A stretch of DNA of 64,000 nucleotides, taken from an uncultured delta proteobacterium. Lineage in GTDB: Bacteria > Myxococcota_A > Polyangia > Polyangiales > Polyangiaceae. Location of the stretch: contig CAWKKR010000005.1 in the NCBI GenBank assembly GCA_963850305.1, positions 335,641-399,640 on the forward strand. The letters are read 5' to 3'. The translations under genes and the position numbers were made by a program. Shown in pieces: positions 30,256 through 40,334 of this stretch. The notes below the pieces were generated by a model. That model worked only from the letters and a program-made list of their open reading frames with translations, made no database searches and was not told the DNA's origin. The stretch's first letter is position 1. The number at the start of each line of letters is the position of its first letter.

Positions 30256-31257
30256 ATGAGTCCCTCGAGCGCTCGCGTAGTCGAAGACCCCGGCCCCGAA
30301 TCGATCGCAGGCGATAGATTGGGGGCACGCTACCGACTCCTTTCGCCGCTCGGCCGAGGAGCGGCGGCTCGCGTATTTCTCGGCCAGGACGAGTACGAGG
30401 ACGAGCTCGTCGCGGTCAAGGTGATGCCGCGGTACGGCGCGTCGCCGCTCGTGACGCCCGAGCGGTTCGACGCGGAGGTCCGGGTCGGACGGGGTGTGCC
30501 CCATCCGAACGTCGCGCGCGTGCTCGACTCCGGGACCTCGGCGCTCGGCGAGCCCTTCGTCGTGATCGAGGCGCTCGCGGGTGAGACGCTCGGCGACCGG
30601 CTGCGCCGCGACGGCGCGCTGCCCGTGCGCGAAGCTCTGGTCCTCGGGCGCGAAGCCGCGCGCGGACTCTCGGCGATGCACCGGCGCGGGTTCGTGCACC
30701 GCGACGTGAAGCCGGACAATCTGTTCCTCTGCGACGGCCACGACGTCGCGCTCAAGGTCATCGACTTCGGCTTCTCGACGCGCGTGGACGCGCCGACGGA
30801 CGCCGAGCGACGCGTGATGGGCACGCTCGAGTACATCGCGCCCGAGCAAGCGCTGGCCGAGGTCGTGGACGGACGCGCCGACGTGTACTCGCTCGGCGTG
30901 GTCCTGTTCCGCGCGCTCACGGGGCAGCTCCCGTTCGACGCCTGCGCGCGCCGCGGCATCCTCACGCACCACCTCATGAGCCCGCTGCCGCCCGTCTCGT
31001 GGCTGCGCGACGGGGTCGACGACGAGGTCGACCGCCTGGTGCTCTCGGCGACCCGGAAACACCCGGACAATCGCTACGCTACGATGGAAGCCTTCCTGTG
31101 GGATATCGACGCCTGGCTCGACGGCGCGGCCGTGTTCGGCGCCGCGCCGAGCGTCTCGCCGGACGCCTATAGGCCGAGCACGAGCCGGGGTCACCGTGTG
31201 CTCTCGACGCTCGTGGAGGAGTGGGACTTAACAGGTGACGAATGCGCGCTAGAGTAG
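30256..31257 (+). CDS. serine/threonine protein kinase
   Basis: LGRGAAARV, VAVK, HRDVKPDN, DFG, GTLEYIAPE, DVYSLG. Confidence 0.92.
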   Translation: MSPSSARVVEDPGPESIAGDRLGARYRLLSPLGRGAAARVFLGQDEYEDELVAVKVMPRYGASPLVTPERFDAEVRVGRGVPHPNVARVLDSGTSALGEPFVVIEALAGETLGDRLRRDGALPVREALVLGREAARGLSAMHRRGFVHRDVKPDNLFLCDGHDVALKVIDFGFSTRVDAPTDAERRVMGTLEYIAPEQALAEVVDGRADVYSLGVVLFRALTGQLPFDACARRGILTHHLMSPLPPVSWLRDGVDDEVDRLVLSATRKHPDNRYATMEAFLWDIDAWLDGAAVFGAAPSVSPDAYRPSTSRGHRVLSTLVEEWDLTGDECALE

Positions 31258-31262
31258 GCGGG

Positions 31263-31853
31263 ATGAGGCTTCTCTTTTTGCCGCCACTGGTGGCGGCGCT
31301 CGCGTGCTCGAGCACGCCGGAGCACAGCCCGTACGCGGCCAACGACTGCACGGGTGCGTGCCAGACGGAGGTCGGCGCCGGGGGGCCGAGCGGGGATGGG
31401 GGTAGCGGGAGCGTCTTCACGGATGGCGGCACCTTCGTGCCCGAAGACGCGGGTACATTTTCGCAGTGCACGACGGACCCCACCACGGGCGGGACGACGT
31501 GTCTCGCTTCCCTGCTCTGCCCTTCCGTCACCATCGATGCGGTCGCGTACGCGGGCTGCGGCTACCTCCCGGGCGCGACGCTCGACGTCGAATGCGTCTG
31601 CGGGAACTTCCTCTGCCCCATCACCGTCGGGACGAGCTGTACTCAGCTCACCGAAGCTCTGACGAACAACGTATCGTCCCAGGACTTCTGCGACCAGGCC
31701 GCTCAGGTGTCCGGCAGTGCGTGCCGCACGGCCGTCGCGACCGGCGCGGGCGGCGGAGGCTCGACCACATGCGATCAGACGTGCCTCGCGGCCTGCGGCA
31801 CGGGACCCAACTGCGACAATCTCTGCGGGTGCACCGCGACGCCCACGCCGTGA
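31263..31853 (+). CDS. Cys-rich lipoprotein
   Basis: lipobox ALAC and many cysteines. Confidence 0.7.
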   Translation: MRLLFLPPLVAALACSSTPEHSPYAANDCTGACQTEVGAGGPSGDGGSGSVFTDGGTFVPEDAGTFSQCTTDPTTGGTTCLASLLCPSVTIDAVAYAGCGYLPGATLDVECVCGNFLCPITVGTSCTQLTEALTNNVSSQDFCDQAAQVSGSACRTAVATGAGGGGSTTCDQTCLAACGTGPNCDNLCGCTATPTP

Positions 31854-31992
31854 GCGTCGCGAGCAGCGCACGCGCGGGGTGAGCTGGGTCCACGGCGTGC
31901 CGCGTGCGGCGTGCTGGCGTGCCGGGTACCGCGTCGCGGTAAAGCCTTGCCGAAGTCCGCCCGATCGAGTTAGACCCGCTCTCCCTCAACTC

Positions 31993-32076
<84 letters not shown>

Positions 32077-32149
32077 CCGAACAGCGAGGAGACACGGCGC
32101 GGCACGCGCCGTCGGCGGTCGGAGTAGGGGTGCGCGAGCGGGATTCTTG

Positions 32150-32280
32150 GTAGTTCCGCATCGACGAGCAGCGTGGTCCCCGAGGGATCAAAGAGGTGCG
32201 GAACTACGCGAGCGGAGCGAGCACGCCGAAGGCGGCGGGGGAGCGGTCGCGGAGCGAGCCGCGGGGGCAAGGCCCCCTTT
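32150..32280. repeat. 58-bp GTAG-terminated inverted-repeat element plus one inverted copy of the 70-bp REP-like unit
   Basis: GTAGTTCCGCA...TGCGGAACTAC (32150-32207) is the near-exact reverse complement of 47988-48045. Confidence 0.85.
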
Positions 32281-32297
32281 CCTGGTAGAACGGATCG

Positions 32298-32543
32298 ATG
32301 GCCGAGGGACGCACGCCCGGGCGCGAAGTGGACGCGGACACCGCACCGCCCCGTTACGGCGATCGCGTGGAGCACTTCGTGTTCGGGTTATGCGACGTGA
32401 TGGTCGTCCGCGAAGGGCGCATGAAGATCAAGGAGGCCACGGGGGATGGCAAGCTCCGCGAGATTCATCTGGGGGCCGTCACCGTCGGGCGGCCCGCGCT
32501 TCAGGACGGACGTCGCGTGTTCAAGCTCGAGCGGCGCGGCTGA
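32298..32543 (+). CDS. hypothetical protein
   Basis: 81-aa ORF, GDRVEHFVFGLCDV, typical codon usage. Confidence 0.6.
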   Translation: MAEGRTPGREVDADTAPPRYGDRVEHFVFGLCDVMVVREGRMKIKEATGDGKLREIHLGAVTVGRPALQDGRRVFKLERRG

Positions 32544-32781
32544 GCGCGGACCGTCGGAGCGGTCGACGGTGCGCGGCGCATCGCAGCGGGTGCGCTCGCG
32601 GGGCGTTGCAAAACCAAGATGCGTCGGTTCCGTCGCTCTTCCGCGAAGTTTCGGCAAACGACGCGCTGCGTGGCGGCGCGAGCAATAGGTTGAACCAGTA
32701 AATCCAGGAGCTTCCACCCGCGAGACCCGGACGGGGGATGTTGACGCGCCCGTCATTTTTCCTTAATTACACAACGACGCC

Positions 32782-34620
32782 ATGTCGCAGCCCATCAATC
32801 GTTACAAGGCCGATCTCCGCGAGTACCGCTTCACCCTCTTCGAGCAGCTCAAGCTCGGCGAGCTGCTCGGCAAGGAGCCGTACGCGGACTGGGGCGAAGA
32901 AGAGATCAACATGGTGCTCGACCAGGCTTACCGTTTCGCGACGGAGGTCACCGGTCCGCTGAACGCCGTCGGGGACAAGGGTTGCAAGCTCGAGAACGGG
33001 CAGGTCACGACGCCGCCCGGGTTCAAGGAAGCGTGGAAGGGGCTTTACGAACAGGGCTTCAAGACGCTCTCCGTCGAGCCGGAGCACGGCGGGCAGGGCG
33101 CACCCCGCGTCGTCTCGGCGGTCGTCAGCGAGATGCTCTCGGGCTCGAACCCGGCGTTCGAGATGTATCCGGCGCTCACGCTCGGCGCCGCGGAGGTCAT
33201 CGCCGCGTTCGGTACGGACGAGCAGAAGCACCGCTTCCTCGAGAAGATGTTCGACGGCACCTATGCCGGAACGATGTGCCTGACGGAGTCGCAAGCCGGC
33301 AGTGACGTCGGGCTGTCGTCGACCAGCGCGAAGAAGAACGCGGATGGGACGTACAGCATCAAGGGCACGAAGATCTTCATCAGCGGCGGCGACCACGACA
33401 TGACGGAGAACGTCGTGCACCTGGTGCTCGCGCGCATCGAAGGGGCGCAGAAAGGCACGAAGGGGCTCTCACTCTTCATCGTGCCCAAGCTCCGCGTCGG
33501 CGCCGACGGCAAGGTCGCGGGTCCGAACGACGTGAAGATCCCGTCCATCGAGCACAAGATGGGCATCAACGGCTCCGCGACCTGCGTCATCAACTTCGGC
33601 GAAGATGACGGCTGTGTCGGCCACCTCGTCGGAGGCCAGGAGCATCAGGGTATCAAGCAGATGTTCGTGCTCATGAACTTCGCGCGCATCGGCGTCGGCG
33701 TTCAGGGGCTCTCGGTCGCCAGCACGGCGTATCTCAACGCGCTCGAGTACGCGCGTGATCGCAAGCAAGGAACGAGCATCGTCAACTTCAAGGATCCCGA
33801 AGCGCCGCGTGTCTCGATCATCGAGCACGCGGACGTTCGGCGGATGCTGCTCGACATGAAGGCGCGCGTGGAGGGCGTTCGTGCGCTCATCCTCAAGACG
33901 GCGCAGCACTACGACCGCGCCGACGCCAAGAAGGGCAAGGACGATGACGGTGCCCTGTATGATCTCGGGCAGGTGGAGCTCCTCACGCCGCTCGTGAAGG
34001 CGTACTCGTCGGATCAGGCGTTCCGCGTCTGCGAAACGGCGATCCAGGTCTACGGCGGCGTCGGGTACACGAAGGACTTCCCCGTCGAGCAGTACTGTCG
34101 CGATGCGAAGATCTTCTCGATCTACGAGGGGACGAACCACATCCAGTCGCTCGACCTCGTCGCGCGAAAGCTCGGCCAGCGCGGCGGGGCGAACATGCAG
34201 GCGTTCCTCGGCGACGTGCAGGCATTCATCGAGCAGAACAGGAAGCACGAAGCGCTCGGCGCGGCCGTCCAGCAGCTCGCCAGGGCGCACGAAGCCATCG
34301 GGAGCTGCGCGATGCAGTTCCTCGGCTGGTTCCAGGGCGGCGAGATCGAGAAAGTGCCCCTGACTTCGACGCGGTTCTTGCAGATCATGAGCGAGCTGAC
34401 GGTCGGCTGGCTCCTGCTGGATGCGGCGGTGATTGCTCTGGCAAAGCAGAAAACCCTCGACAAGGGTCACCCGGACTTCGCGTTCTACGAGGGCAAGAAG
34501 CACGTCGCGGTCTACTGGGCGCACAACGTGCTCGCTGGCGTCCCCGCGCTCGCGGACATCGTTCGCGCGGCGGACACGAGCTGCATCGAGATCCCGGCCG
34601 AGTCCTTCGCGACGGTCTGA
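32782..34620 (+). CDS. acyl-CoA dehydrogenase
   Basis: MCLTESQAGSDVG, GTKIFISGG, EHKMGI.GSAT, QVYGGVGY, IYEGTN. Confidence 0.96.
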   Translation: MSQPINRYKADLREYRFTLFEQLKLGELLGKEPYADWGEEEINMVLDQAYRFATEVTGPLNAVGDKGCKLENGQVTTPPGFKEAWKGLYEQGFKTLSVEPEHGGQGAPRVVSAVVSEMLSGSNPAFEMYPALTLGAAEVIAAFGTDEQKHRFLEKMFDGTYAGTMCLTESQAGSDVGLSSTSAKKNADGTYSIKGTKIFISGGDHDMTENVVHLVLARIEGAQKGTKGLSLFIVPKLRVGADGKVAGPNDVKIPSIEHKMGINGSATCVINFGEDDGCVGHLVGGQEHQGIKQMFVLMNFARIGVGVQGLSVASTAYLNALEYARDRKQGTSIVNFKDPEAPRVSIIEHADVRRMLLDMKARVEGVRALILKTAQHYDRADAKKGKDDDGALYDLGQVELLTPLVKAYSSDQAFRVCETAIQVYGGVGYTKDFPVEQYCRDAKIFSIYEGTNHIQSLDLVARKLGQRGGANMQAFLGDVQAFIEQNRKHEALGAAVQQLARAHEAIGSCAMQFLGWFQGGEIEKVPLTSTRFLQIMSELTVGWLLLDAAVIALAKQKTLDKGHPDFAFYEGKKHVAVYWAHNVLAGVPALADIVRAADTSCIEIPAESFATV

Positions 34621-34652
34621 GCCCCGGGGCCCCGGGAGCCCCGGGCCCGCGG
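34621..34652 (+). terminator. GC-rich hairpin after the acyl-CoA dehydrogenase gene
   Basis: GGGCCCGGG-AGC-CCCGGGCCC inverted repeat immediately after the stop; no U-tract. Confidence 0.4.
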
Positions 34653-34695
34653 GAAGCGAGACAAGGCGAGCCGACTTCGGCTAGCTTGGAGCGTC

Positions 34696-35580
34696 ATGGC
34701 GACCGCCAAGCGGACCAAGAAGGGTCCCGAAGGACCCCGCTCGCTCGCGAGCATCCAGGTCGATGTCACGACGCGGCTCGGCGCCGTGGCGCCGACGACC
34801 ACCACGGGCCTTACCGCGTTCGATGAGCTGCTCGGCGGCGGACTCCGTAGCGGGACGCACGTGCTCGTCTCCGGAGCACCGGGAGTCGGCAAGACCGCCC
34901 TGGTCCTGATGCTCGCGTACATGGCGGCCCGCGCGCGCGCGGCGGTACTCTTCACGAGCGTGGGTCTCGACGAGACGGAGATCGTCGCGCGTCTGGCGGC
35001 TCGCGCTCTGCACCGCGAGTATCAGAACGTCGGCGCGACCTACGGGACCATCTGGTCCGGGCTTTCGATGCAGGAGCCCGCGCTTCGCGGTCCGCTCTCG
35101 AGCTGCCTGAACACGGTCGCCAAGAAGGTCGGCGAGTACCTGCATCTCCATTCCGCAGAGCCGATGCTCGACGTCGCGAGCCTCGCCGACCACGCCGCGT
35201 TCCTCTGGGCCCGGAATGACCGAGTGCTCGTCGTGGTCGACGGCGCGGAGGCGTATTCGGCACCCAACGCGGGAGCCTCCAGCTACGACGGCAGGATGTC
35301 GCTCGTCGGTTACGAGCTGTCTCGTCTCGCGAGCCAGGGATGCGCCGTCGTGACGACGTGCCAGGCGGCTTCCGCGACGTTTCTCTCCCCCGCGGTTACG
35401 CTCGCGGCGGAGCTGCGTTCGATTCGAGAACCGCTGCCGAAGGGCGGGGCAAAGAGGAAGATGCAGCTCGGGGCTCGTCCGATGGATCTGGCCATCTACA
35501 AGAACCGGCTCGGTCCGACGCCGACGCTGCCGCTCGTCCACCTTGCGGCGGCGAGCGTCTTCGAAGAACGCCAGCCGTGA
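34696..35580 (+). CDS. stand-alone RecA-fold ATPase (DnaB C-terminal/RadA/KaiC-like)
   Basis: TGLTAFDELLGGGL, GAPGVGKT Walker A, VVVDG Walker B, KNRLGPT like DnaB. Confidence 0.75.
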   Translation: MATAKRTKKGPEGPRSLASIQVDVTTRLGAVAPTTTTGLTAFDELLGGGLRSGTHVLVSGAPGVGKTALVLMLAYMAARARAAVLFTSVGLDETEIVARLAARALHREYQNVGATYGTIWSGLSMQEPALRGPLSSCLNTVAKKVGEYLHLHSAEPMLDVASLADHAAFLWARNDRVLVVVDGAEAYSAPNAGASSYDGRMSLVGYELSRLASQGCAVVTTCQAASATFLSPAVTLAAELRSIREPLPKGGAKRKMQLGARPMDLAIYKNRLGPTPTLPLVHLAAASVFEERQP

Positions 35581-35590
35581 GGGGTTTGGC

Positions 35591-36835
35591 ATGAAGAACG
35601 GGCGCATCGTTCTTCACGCCGACATGGATGCCTTCTATGCGTCCATCGAACAGCGCGACGATCCGAGGCTGCGCGGAAAGCCGGTCATCGTCGGGGCGAC
35701 GTCGTCGCGCGGCGTCGTCGCGGCGGCCTCGTACGAGGCACGGAAGTTCGGCATTCGGTCGGCCATGCCGGGCTTTCGTGCGAAGGAGCTGTGCCCGGAC
35801 GGCGTCTACTTACCGTCGAACATGGAGAAGTACTCGCGCGTCTCGGATCAGGTTCACGAAATCCTGCTCGGCTTCTCTCCGTCGCTCGAGCCCATCGCGC
35901 TCGACGAAGCGTTCCTCGACATCACCGGGTCGGCGCACCTGTTCGGTGGACCGATCGAGATGGGCCGGCGTCTCAAGCGCGAAGTGCGCGACCGGCTAGA
36001 GCTCCCGATCTCCGTCGGCATCGCGCCCTCGAAGCTCGTCGCCAAGCTGGCGTGCACTCTGTCGAAGGCCGACGGCTTTCTGTTCGTCCCGGAGGATGCC
36101 GTGACGTGGCTGCTGGCGCCGCTCCCCGTGCGGCGGCTCTGGGGCGTGGGTCCGGTTCTCGAGAAGACGCTCGTCGATCTCGGGATTCACACCATCGGCC
36201 ACCTTGCAGCGTACGACGCGGACGCTCTCGAGCGGGTCCTCGGCGACCGCGCGGCGCAGCTCCAGCAGCTCGCTCGCGGGGAGGACGATCGAGAGGTCGA
36301 AGGGTCGCTCGTCCCGAAGTCTTATGGCGAGGAAAATACCTTCGAGCGCGACGTGGGGGACCGCGATATCGTCACGGGAGCGCTCACCGCTCACGCGGAA
36401 GCCGTTGCTCGACGCCTGCGTCACGACGGGTTCAGGGGCCGCACCGTGACCCTGAAGATGAAGCTCGGCGCGCATCGAGGATACCGCGTGTCGCGAACCG
36501 ACCCGGGCGTTCGCGAACCGATCTATCCGTTACTGACCCGATCGAAGACGCTGGCGGCTCCGACCGCGGACGGTTCCGTCCTTCGCGACACCGCCGTCGC
36601 GCTGTGGGACGCGGCGGCGCTCGACGTCAGGGTCCGCTTGCTCGGCATTTCCGTGACGAATCTCGAACGCGGCGAGGCGGAGCAACTCGACCTGTTCGCC
36701 GCTCGCCCGCGGAGTGATCGCCTCGGCCCGACCCTCGACGCCATCACGTCCCGGTTCGGGCGGAGCGCGATCCGCCGGGCCGTGGACACGCCGGAGAAGG
36801 CGACCGCGTCCGACCGAAAGAAGCGGGGCGAGTGA
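35591..36835 (+). CDS. dinB: DNA polymerase IV
   Basis: HADMDAFYASIEQRD, AASYEAR, ALDEAFLD, LWGVG, RLLGI. Confidence 0.96.
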   Translation: MKNGRIVLHADMDAFYASIEQRDDPRLRGKPVIVGATSSRGVVAAASYEARKFGIRSAMPGFRAKELCPDGVYLPSNMEKYSRVSDQVHEILLGFSPSLEPIALDEAFLDITGSAHLFGGPIEMGRRLKREVRDRLELPISVGIAPSKLVAKLACTLSKADGFLFVPEDAVTWLLAPLPVRRLWGVGPVLEKTLVDLGIHTIGHLAAYDADALERVLGDRAAQLQQLARGEDDREVEGSLVPKSYGEENTFERDVGDRDIVTGALTAHAEAVARRLRHDGFRGRTVTLKMKLGAHRGYRVSRTDPGVREPIYPLLTRSKTLAAPTADGSVLRDTAVALWDAAALDVRVRLLGISVTNLERGEAEQLDLFAARPRSDRLGPTLDAITSRFGRSAIRRAVDTPEKATASDRKKRGE

Positions 36836-36876
36836 GTATCCGGGAGGCGAGCGAACGTGGTCGCTCCGGGACGGCG

Positions 36877-37563
36877 TCAGCCGTTCTCGGCCGGCGCCCG
36901 GCGCGTCGCCCGCGCTGGAATGGGGCGTCCGCTCGTGACGCGGGCGCGAACGATGCTCGGCGTCGGTTCGTCGCTGAGCTCGCGAATGATCTTTGCGAGC
37001 ACCCGCTGCGGCGTGGGGCAGCCGGTCTTGGCGCAGATACGCCGCCACCGCTTTCGCAGCCCCTCGCGGGTCACGCCGAGGGCCTGCGCCGCCTCGTCCT
37101 TGAAGAGCCCGTTCGCGGCCATCAGCAGCGCGTCGCGCTCCAGTGACGTGAGTCCGTTAGCTTCCACGAACGCCCCGATGGGGTCTCGCTTTCTCCGCAC
37201 GGCTTCGAGGAGGGTCGAAGCGCCGACCGGCTTGGGCAAGTACAGACACCGGCCCGCGAGGTCGAGGGCGCGGCGCGCATCGATGTTTCCGGAGAGAACG
37301 ATGACGTTTGGCCTTGGCGACAGGGACTCGCACGCGCGCACGACGTCCTCCCCGTCGCCGTCCGTGAGGATGAGATCGACGACCGCGTGCTGATAGGGCT
37401 GGTTCGACCGGGCAGACGCCATCAACTCGTCGAGCGCCGCGACGACCGTGCCGACCTCGGTCACCTCGAAGCCGGCCCGCCGCAGGAAGCGACTGAGCGC
37501 GTCTCGCATGACCGGCTCGTCATCGACGATCAGGATCCGTTCGGAGGCCGTGGGCAGAGTCAT
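36877..37563 (-). CDS. response regulator (REC plus LuxR-like HTH)
   Basis: ILIVDDE, VVDL.L.DGDG, LPKP, LTSLERDAL..AANG. Confidence 0.88.
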   Translation of the reverse strand: MTLPTASERILIVDDEPVMRDALSRFLRRAGFEVTEVGTVVAALDELMASARSNQPYQHAVVDLILTDGDGEDVVRACESLSPRPNVIVLSGNIDARRALDLAGRCLYLPKPVGASTLLEAVRRKRDPIGAFVEANGLTSLERDALLMAANGLFKDEAAQALGVTREGLRKRWRRICAKTGCPTPQRVLAKIIRELSDEPTPSIVRARVTSGRPIPARATRRAPAENG

Positions 37564-37640
37564 GGGATCAAACCTTTCCCTCTAGAACAGCGAGACATTA
37601 CCACGAGGTGGCCGTTCTGGTTCGAAGTACCAAGCGGAGG

Positions 37641-38519
37641 CTACTTTGGCGCGTCGGTCGGCGGCTTCAGCTGGACGCCACTCTCGACAATCGTCGCGTA
37701 AGTCCGGTCCGGGGTGATGCCTGCAGCGACCCCCTTCCTGGCACGCCCGAGCTCCTCGTCCACCACCGCCTTCAGCCTTTCGTACGGCTGCGCACCCACG
37801 ATTTTCCGGCCGTTGACGAACGTGGTCGGCGTCGCGGGGACGTCCACGCGGTCGCTCAGCGCGACATCGGCTTGAATCACGCTTCCAAACCGGGCAGCGC
37901 GCACCGAGGCCCGCACCGACGGCCAGGAAAGCCCGAAGCTCTCGACGATCTTCCGGTAAGCTGCTTCCCCGAGGGATGCCTGGACTGCGTACAGGCGGTC
38001 GTGGGCTTGCCAGAACCCCGCGTCGCCCTTCGCGGCGCGAACGGCACGCGCCACCTCCGCCGCCGGCTCGGCCTGGTCGTGGGCCGGCAAGGGCAGGTCC
38101 TTCCAGACGAAGCGCACGTCCATCGGATATTCCACGCGGAGCCGGTCGAACGTGGCCGTCGCTTGCTTGCAAAATGGGCACTCGAAGTCGGAAAAGACGA
38201 CGACGGTCACCAGCGCGTCGTTCGGGCCCTGAACGGGATCGTCGGGGCCGACCGGCACGCTCCAGACCGTCTTCTCGTCGCCGATGGCGGCGCTCGTCGC
38301 ACTCGATGGCTTCGGGGCGCCCGCCGCACACCCGCCGCCGCCGTCGGGGGCGTCCTTCGCGCACGGCTTGAGCCCCTCAGGCCACGCGGGTTGCGCGCGC
38401 TGCGCAGGCGCCGTTTGTGGGGGCGCCGGAGCTTCGGGCGCCGCTGCCGGTCTTCCGCACGCAGCGACCAGCACCGCGGCTGCCAGGCACGATGAAAAGG
38501 AGAGGCGCGCCGGGGACAT
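37641..38519 (-). CDS. DsbA-family thioredoxin-fold lipoprotein
   Basis: lipobox VAAC, FSDFECPFC, TPTTFVNG, GAQP. Confidence 0.92.
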   Translation of the reverse strand: MSPARLSFSSCLAAAVLVAACGRPAAAPEAPAPPQTAPAQRAQPAWPEGLKPCAKDAPDGGGGCAAGAPKPSSATSAAIGDEKTVWSVPVGPDDPVQGPNDALVTVVVFSDFECPFCKQATATFDRLRVEYPMDVRFVWKDLPLPAHDQAEPAAEVARAVRAAKGDAGFWQAHDRLYAVQASLGEAAYRKIVESFGLSWPSVRASVRAARFGSVIQADVALSDRVDVPATPTTFVNGRKIVGAQPYERLKAVVDEELGRARKGVAAGITPDRTYATIVESGVQLKPPTDAPK

Positions 38520-38694
38520 CGGCTGGCCACCGATACCACGCTCCGGACCGTGACGGGCCGTTCTCACCCGTCCGAGGACGCACGGTCACGGTTCTCGTGG
38601 AGGAAGAGCGGTTTCACGCCGAACCGCGCGCGGTCGGGTGCTGGCGCACGTGTTGCAAGGGCGTATGCTCGACTCTTACTTGGAGGCTTCCTCG

Positions 38695-39831
38695 ATGCGG
38701 GCAATGAGCGGTGCGTGTGCGGCTCTGGTCTTGGCGGTAGCTTGCGGAGGGCAGTCGTCCTCTGGAAACTTCACCAACAACGGGAAGGATGCCGGCACTG
38801 GCGCGGCTGGCGGAGTCGGAGGTGCCGGCTCCGGCGCCGGCGGTTCCGACCTGATGGCAGGTGGCTCGGCGGGCTTCGCCGCGGGCGGCACCGGGGTGGG
38901 TGCGACCGGAGGCGCGGCAGGCTCGGCGAACGACGGCGGCGAAGTCGATGCGGCAGGTTGCGCCGGGCCGATCGCCGGCGAGACCGCTCTCTGCGTGAGC
39001 GTATTGCCGGAGCGCATCGTCGCCCAGGACGACCCGACCCTGGACAAGAAGGGAAAATACTACCTCCAGATCTTCGACACGCCGACTCCACCCGACGGAG
39101 CCACTCCACTCGCGTCGCGAACACTGCCGCTCCTCGCGGCGAACGAGATCGCGGTCGACGCAATCCCGACGGTTCGACTCGCCGCCGTCCTGCCCGCGAC
39201 CGTCTACGTTCGCGCCTTCTTCGTGGACAACGCTGCCGCCCTCAATCAGAAGCCAGGCTCGTCGCTGGTCTACGGCACGTGGCTCGGCGGCATGGATCTC
39301 ACCAACGGGATTCAGACGAACCAGCCGCTGCTCCCGGTGCCGCTGCAGTTGGGCGCAGGGAACAGCGTCACCATTCCGCTGACCGCACTTCGTAAGTTGA
39401 CGGCGACGATTCACGCAAGCGTCACCCCCATCGGCGACGGCCAGGGGCCGCTCGCGTTTCTCGCAGTCGAAGATCCGAATCCAGGCAACAAGCCGCCGCT
39501 GTTCGGCTATGGCGCCGTCACGTGTGGCGATGTCTCCGCGTCTCGGAGCGCCGTCGTGACGGGGTTCATCCTGGCAGGCGGTCCGCACTGGGTCACGGCG
39601 AGCCTGAAAGATGTCGGTGGCAAGGGGGACTTTCCCCCGGGAAGTCTCGCGTCACTCACCGTGACTGCCGGAAAAGCGATGATCCCGAAGGAGCTCGTCG
39701 TCGGAGCGACGGACTACGCGCCCAGCGTGAACATCAATCTCGACTATGCCGTCCCTTGGCCCGCCGACGGCGGCGCGATTCCCCCGAATTCCTGCGCGGA
39801 TCTCGCGGCCCTGGCGGACGGCGGTCCGTGA
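38695..39831 (+). CDS. hypothetical lipoprotein
   Basis: lipobox AVAC, Gly-rich linker, beta-rich domain. Confidence 0.7.
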   Translation: MRAMSGACAALVLAVACGGQSSSGNFTNNGKDAGTGAAGGVGGAGSGAGGSDLMAGGSAGFAAGGTGVGATGGAAGSANDGGEVDAAGCAGPIAGETALCVSVLPERIVAQDDPTLDKKGKYYLQIFDTPTPPDGATPLASRTLPLLAANEIAVDAIPTVRLAAVLPATVYVRAFFVDNAAALNQKPGSSLVYGTWLGGMDLTNGIQTNQPLLPVPLQLGAGNSVTIPLTALRKLTATIHASVTPIGDGQGPLAFLAVEDPNPGNKPPLFGYGAVTCGDVSASRSAVVTGFILAGGPHWVTASLKDVGGKGDFPPGSLASLTVTAGKAMIPKELVVGATDYAPSVNINLDYAVPWPADGGAIPPNSCADLAALADGGP

Positions 39832-39834
39832 CGC

Positions 39835-40245
39835 TCACCAGCGGAAATCGACCGGCACTTCGATCGCGTCGAGCAGGCTGAGACGCACGGGGCATGTGTT
39901 CGCGGCGTGCTCCAGCTCTCCGCGTTCCTCCTCCGAGAGCGCGGCGCCGCCCGCCATATCGGCGCGTACGACGAGCCGCGCCACGCGCCGGGGCAGGGTG
40001 GACGTCATGTGTTTCTCGACGTGAACCCGCATGCCGTCGATCGACCAGCCCCGCTTTTGCGCGAGGATGCCCATGACCGTCGTCATGCACGTGCCGAGCG
40101 CGGCCGCGAGCAAATCCGTCGGTGAAAACGACTCGCCGCGGCCGTGATTGTCCAGAGGAGCGTCCGTCGACAGCGTCGTCGCCGACGGACCGTGCTTCGC
40201 GGTGCAACGAAGTTGACCTTCGTACAGGATGTCGATTTCGACCAT
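39835..40245 (-). CDS. OsmC-family protein
   Basis: TDAPLDNHGRGESFSPTDL...LGTC, CPV. Confidence 0.92.
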   Translation of the reverse strand: MVEIDILYEGQLRCTAKHGPSATTLSTDAPLDNHGRGESFSPTDLLAAALGTCMTTVMGILAQKRGWSIDGMRVHVEKHMTSTLPRRVARLVVRADMAGGAALSEEERGELEHAANTCPVRLSLLDAIEVPVDFRW

Positions 40246-40334
40246 GGGGGATGAGCCTCGGTTCGCCTTCAACGTACCGGAGTCTGACCGAGACGCAACG
40301 CGCTTCTCGATGCTAGAAGCGGTCGCGAAGCTTC

